NCBI GenBank assembly: GCA_049679485.1
Contig: JBAUGC010000155.1
Location: forward strand, 1-39,315
DNA from: Xanthobacteraceae bacterium
Lineage (GTDB): Bacteria; Pseudomonadota; Alphaproteobacteria; Rhizobiales; Xanthobacteraceae
DNA: 39,315 nt
Direction of reading: 5' to 3'
Shown here: in pieces, positions 36,376-39,315 of the stretch
Numbering within the stretch: the first letter of the stretch is position 1
Layout of the letters: each line of letters opens with the position of its first letter
Program-made: the position numbers and the translations under genes
Notes under the pieces: generated by a model
Database searches by the model: none
Told to the model about the DNA's origin: nothing
The model's input: only the letters and a program-made list of their open reading frames with translations

Positions 36376-38346
36376 TCATTCGGCAACATCTGCGGCTGCC
36401 ACCAGCTCTTTGCCTTCGACGGCCGACACTGCCCCTTCTTCCTGTTGATTGCTGTTCGACACGACCGTTTCCTCCCCTACTTCCGCAAGAATTTCGCGCG
36501 CCATCTCCGCCTCGCGCTGACGGTTCCACATGCTGGCGTAAAGTCCGTTCTTTGCCAGCAGCCCGTTGTGCGTGCCGCGCTCAACGATCACGCCCTGATC
36601 GAGCACGAGGATCTCGTCGGCGCCGACGATGGTCGAGAGCCGGTGAGCGATGACAAGCGTAGTGCGGTTCCTCGATACGCGATCGAGCGCATCTTGGATA
36701 TCGCGCTCGGTGTGGGTATCGAGCGCGGACGTCGCCTCGTCGAGCAACAGTATCGGCGGCGCTTTGAGGATCGTGCGCGCAATGGCGGCACGCTGCTTTT
36801 CGCCCCCGGAGAGTTTCAGCCCGCGTTCGCCGACTTCGGTTTCGTAGCCTTTGGGAGACAGCCGGATAAAGGCATCGATCTGGGCCGCCCGCGCGGCCTC
36901 CTCGACCTCGGCGTCGGTCGCATCCCATTCGCCATAGCGGATGTTGTAGCGGATCGTATCGTTGAACAGGACGGTGTCCTGCGGCACCATGCCGATGGCG
37001 GCGCGGAGTGATTTCTGCGTCACGTCGCGGATGTCCTGCCCGTCGATCAGGATGCGGCCGCCGGTAACGTCGTAGAAGCGAAATATCAGCCGCGAAATCG
37101 TCGATTTGCCGGCGCCAGTAGGCCCGACGATGGCTACGGTCTGCCCGGCGCCCACTTCGAAGTTCAAGCCTTTAAGGATTGGCCGCGCGGGTTCATAGGC
37201 GAACGATACGTTGTCGAAGCTGATGATACCGGCGCCGACCTTGAGCGCCTTGGCGCTCAGCCGGTCCACGATCTCCGGCTTGCGGTTCAGGATCGAAAAC
37301 ATGATCTCGATATCGATGACCGCCTGTTTGATCTCGCGGTAGACCAGGCCCATGAAGTTCAGCGGCTGATAGAGCTGGATCATCATGGCGTTGATCATGA
37401 CGAAATCGCCGACCGTATTGCGGCCCGATTCGATGCCGTAGGCACAGAGCACCATCGCCGCCGCAAGGCCGATGGTGAACACGATCGCCTGGCCGGCATT
37501 GAGTACGGCGAGCGAGGTGTAGGCCTTTACGCTCGCCTCCTCATAGCGTTTCATCGAACGGTCGTAGCGCTTGGCCTCGCGCTGCTCGGCAGAGAAATAT
37601 TTAACGGTCTCGTAGTTGAGCAGCGAGTCGATCGCCTTGGCGTTGGCGTCGGTGTCGCTTTCGTTCATTTTGCGGCGGATGCCAATGCGCCACTCGGTCG
37701 CGTAAAAGGTAAACCCGACATAGAGCGCGACCGTCAGCAAGACCACGACCACATAGCGCCAGTCGAAATGGAACAGCAGCACCCAGGCGACCAACACCAC
37801 CTCGACAATGGTAGGCAACAGCTGCAGCAGCAGCATGCGCACGATGGTCTCGATGCCGTTGCGCCCGCGTTCGAGAACACGCGTGAGCCCGCCGGTCTTG
37901 CGATCGAGATGAAAACGCAGCGACAGCAGGTGCATATGCTCGAAGGTGAGCATCGCCAGCCGCCGCACCGCGTGCATGGCGACCTTGGCGAAGATGCCGT
38001 CGCGCCATTGGGTCAGCACGCCCATCAGGATGCGCATGCCGCCGTAGGCCAAGGTCATCATCACCGGCGTTGCCAGCGCCCAGGTGAGCCATTCGTTCGC
38101 CAAGACCGGCGCAGTGCCGTGACCGGCGAGCGCATCGGTCGCCCATTTGAAAGTAAACGGCACGGCCACGGTTGCGAGCTTGGCGATGAAGATCAGCACG
38201 GTCGCGAACAGGACACGGGCCTTCAGGTCGGCGCGGTCGGACGGCCAGATATAGGGCCACAGGTGGAACAGGGTGGAAAACAGCGATCCCCCGTCGGCTT
38301 TGATGTCGCGCGTCGAGCGATCGGGGGCGGTGGCGTATTCTCTCAT
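36376..38346 (-). CDS. Atm1/HMT1-type ABC exporter (fused permease-ATPase)
   Basis: The N-terminal TMD begins LWPYIWPSDRADLKARV. Walker A GPTGAGKST, signature LSGGEKQR, Walker B LLLDEATSALD. The start is uncertain: ATG 38346 was chosen, and the ORF opens at GTG 38385. An acidic C-terminal tail is present. Confidence 0.85.
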   Translation of the reverse strand: MREYATAPDRSTRDIKADGGSLFSTLFHLWPYIWPSDRADLKARVLFATVLIFIAKLATVAVPFTFKWATDALAGHGTAPVLANEWLTWALATPVMMTLAYGGMRILMGVLTQWRDGIFAKVAMHAVRRLAMLTFEHMHLLSLRFHLDRKTGGLTRVLERGRNGIETIVRMLLLQLLPTIVEVVLVAWVLLFHFDWRYVVVVLLTVALYVGFTFYATEWRIGIRRKMNESDTDANAKAIDSLLNYETVKYFSAEQREAKRYDRSMKRYEEASVKAYTSLAVLNAGQAIVFTIGLAAAMVLCAYGIESGRNTVGDFVMINAMMIQLYQPLNFMGLVYREIKQAVIDIEIMFSILNRKPEIVDRLSAKALKVGAGIISFDNVSFAYEPARPILKGLNFEVGAGQTVAIVGPTGAGKSTISRLIFRFYDVTGGRILIDGQDIRDVTQKSLRAAIGMVPQDTVLFNDTIRYNIRYGEWDATDAEVEEAARAAQIDAFIRLSPKGYETEVGERGLKLSGGEKQRAAIARTILKAPPILLLDEATSALDTHTERDIQDALDRVSRNRTTLVIAHRLSTIVGADEILVLDQGVIVERGTHNGLLAKNGLYASMWNRQREAEMAREILAEVGEETVVSNSNQQEEGAVSAVEGKELVAAADVAE

Positions 38347-38509
38347 TGCAAAGGGTGACCTGGGCGGGTCCAGTCGAGCCGCCACGCGCTTGTCATATAG
38401 AGACTTTCTCCGATTCCTGCATCGGCAGGCCGCCGCCGCGGCTTAGCGTCAAACAGCTTGCGCTGTGGACGAATCGCCGCCACATCTACTCTTTTGTGAG
38501 TGAGACTCT

Positions 38510-39115
38510 ATGAGCAAAATCAATGCTGTGTGCGTTTATTGCGGGTCGAGCCCCGGCACCGATCCGGCCTTCGTCAGGGCGGCGCGCGATTTCGGCAAGA
38601 TCCTGGCCGAAAGCGGTGTGCGGCTTGTCTATGGCGGCGGCTCTATCGGCCTGATGGGAGCGGTCGCGAGCGCCGTGATTGAACACGGCGGGGCAGCGAC
38701 GGGGATCATCCCCGAATTCCTGACCGCCAAGGAGCGGCCGCGTCGGCTGGCGCAGGAGCAGATCGTCACCCGAGACATGCACGAGCGCAAGAGCACGATG
38801 TTCGACCGCGCCGATGCCTTCGTCGCGCTGCCGGGCGGCCTCGGCACTCTGGAAGAACTGATCGAGCAAATGACCTGGGCGCAGCTTGGGCGTCACAAAA
38901 AGCCGATACTGATTGCCAATATCAACGGCTTTTGGGACCCGCTGCTGAAGCTTATCGACCATATGCGGGCGCTTGGCCTCGTCCCTTCGCCAGCACGTGG
39001 CGTCGAACTTCTCGTTACCGACAATATCCAGGACATTCTGCCGAAGCTGCGCGCGGCGGCACGAGCCGTAACTGAAGCAGAAAAGCAAATGGCAATCCCG
39101 GCGGAGCGGCTATGA
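38510..39115 (+). CDS. LOG-family protein (cytokinin riboside 5'-monophosphate phosphoribohydrolase, TIGR00730)
   Basis: VYCGSS, GGGSIGLMG and PGGLGTLEEL (PGGxGTxxE) motifs are present. 201 aa. Confidence 0.85.
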   Translation: MSKINAVCVYCGSSPGTDPAFVRAARDFGKILAESGVRLVYGGGSIGLMGAVASAVIEHGGAATGIIPEFLTAKERPRRLAQEQIVTRDMHERKSTMFDRADAFVALPGGLGTLEELIEQMTWAQLGRHKKPILIANINGFWDPLLKLIDHMRALGLVPSPARGVELLVTDNIQDILPKLRAAARAVTEAEKQMAIPAERL

Positions 39116-39223
39116 CCGCTTTCCGTCACCCTGAGGTGCTCGGCGCGTAGCCACGAGCCTCGAAGGGCGACGGCCGAGGCGCTTGAGCAGCATCCTTTGA
39201 GGCCCGCGGCGCGCGCGGGCACT

Positions 39224-39315
39224 TCAGGATGATGAATCCTGTTCCCGCAAGAACGTCACCGCTTCGATGCGGTTGCCATCCGCATCGCGGACGAACGCGG
39301 CATAATACCCAGCGT
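39224..39315 (-). CDS. C-terminal fragment of a VOC/glyoxalase-family protein (continues beyond the window)
   Basis: The minus-strand frame reads ...GYYAAFVRDADGNRIEAVTFLREQDSSS, with a stop at 39224-39226. G-Y-x-x-x-x-x-D-P/A-D-G-N-x-I-E is a typical last beta-strand of glyoxalase/bleomycin-resistance folds. Confidence 0.5.
   Translation of the reverse strand, partial: AGYYAAFVRDADGNRIEAVTFLREQDSSS

Noticed and set aside
36179-36529. ORFs crossing the palindromic element (peptides such as ...PSPARGEGA...).
   Set aside because: The reading frames are a by-product of the GGGAGAGGG/CCCTCTCCC hairpins. There is no start context.
39202-39220. GC hairpin (GCCCGCG-N5-CGCGGGC) between the convergent LOG and VOC genes, as a bidirectional terminator.
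   Set aside because: There is no flanking T/A run on either strand, so it cannot be supported as an intrinsic terminator from sequence alone.
1-39315. Scan for tRNA/rRNA genes, CRISPR repeats, transposase, integrase or phage genes, and long direct repeats.
   Set aside because: None were found. The only repeat structures are those reported: the 161-bp palindromic element, the 45-nt and 51-nt intragenic duplications, and the 10-mer at 7501/7521.

Overview
GC-rich chromosomal segment whose gene content looks alphaproteobacterial, of the Hyphomicrobiales/Rhizobiales type and Bradyrhizobiaceae-like. That taxon call is inferred from gene content only. All family assignments come from motif recognition by eye, since no searches could be run.

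Core content:
- The complete acpXL-fabZXL-fabF2XL-fabF1XL-adhA2XL-lpxXL cluster for very-long-chain lipid A acylation (2280-7513).
- Housekeeping genes: psd-pssA, an Atm1-type ABC exporter, kup, a motA/motB stator pair, mmsA, an Omp19-like lipoprotein and a LOG-family protein.
- c-di-GMP parts: a stand-alone EAL protein and a PilZ protein.
- An RND permease and adaptor pair in inverted gene order.
- An accessory-looking block at 10.0-18.1 kb: an Asp/Glu-racemase-family enzyme, a NitT/TauT-type ABC importer, an FAD monooxygenase and an IorAB-type molybdo-hydroxylase.

I found no rRNA, tRNA, CRISPR array, transposase, integrase or recognisable transcription factor. I also see no convincing new multi-gene system such as a defence island.

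The most unusual signal is a concentration of five gene-inactivation events:
- an in-frame TAG in the 2Fe-2S subunit of the molybdo-hydroxylase;
- a 1-nt frameshift in its Mo subunit;
- a frameshifted and truncated AMP-ligase stub;
- an internally deleted GST;
- an in-frame TAG splitting a signal-peptide/coiled-coil gene of unknown function.

Other points worth a second look:
- a KAS-like partner that has lost the Cys-His-His triad;
- an orphan TRAP binding protein with a repetitive Pro/Gln-rich tail;
- a 161-bp nested-palindrome MITE/REP-like element;
- two tiny ORFs with strong Shine-Dalgarno sites.
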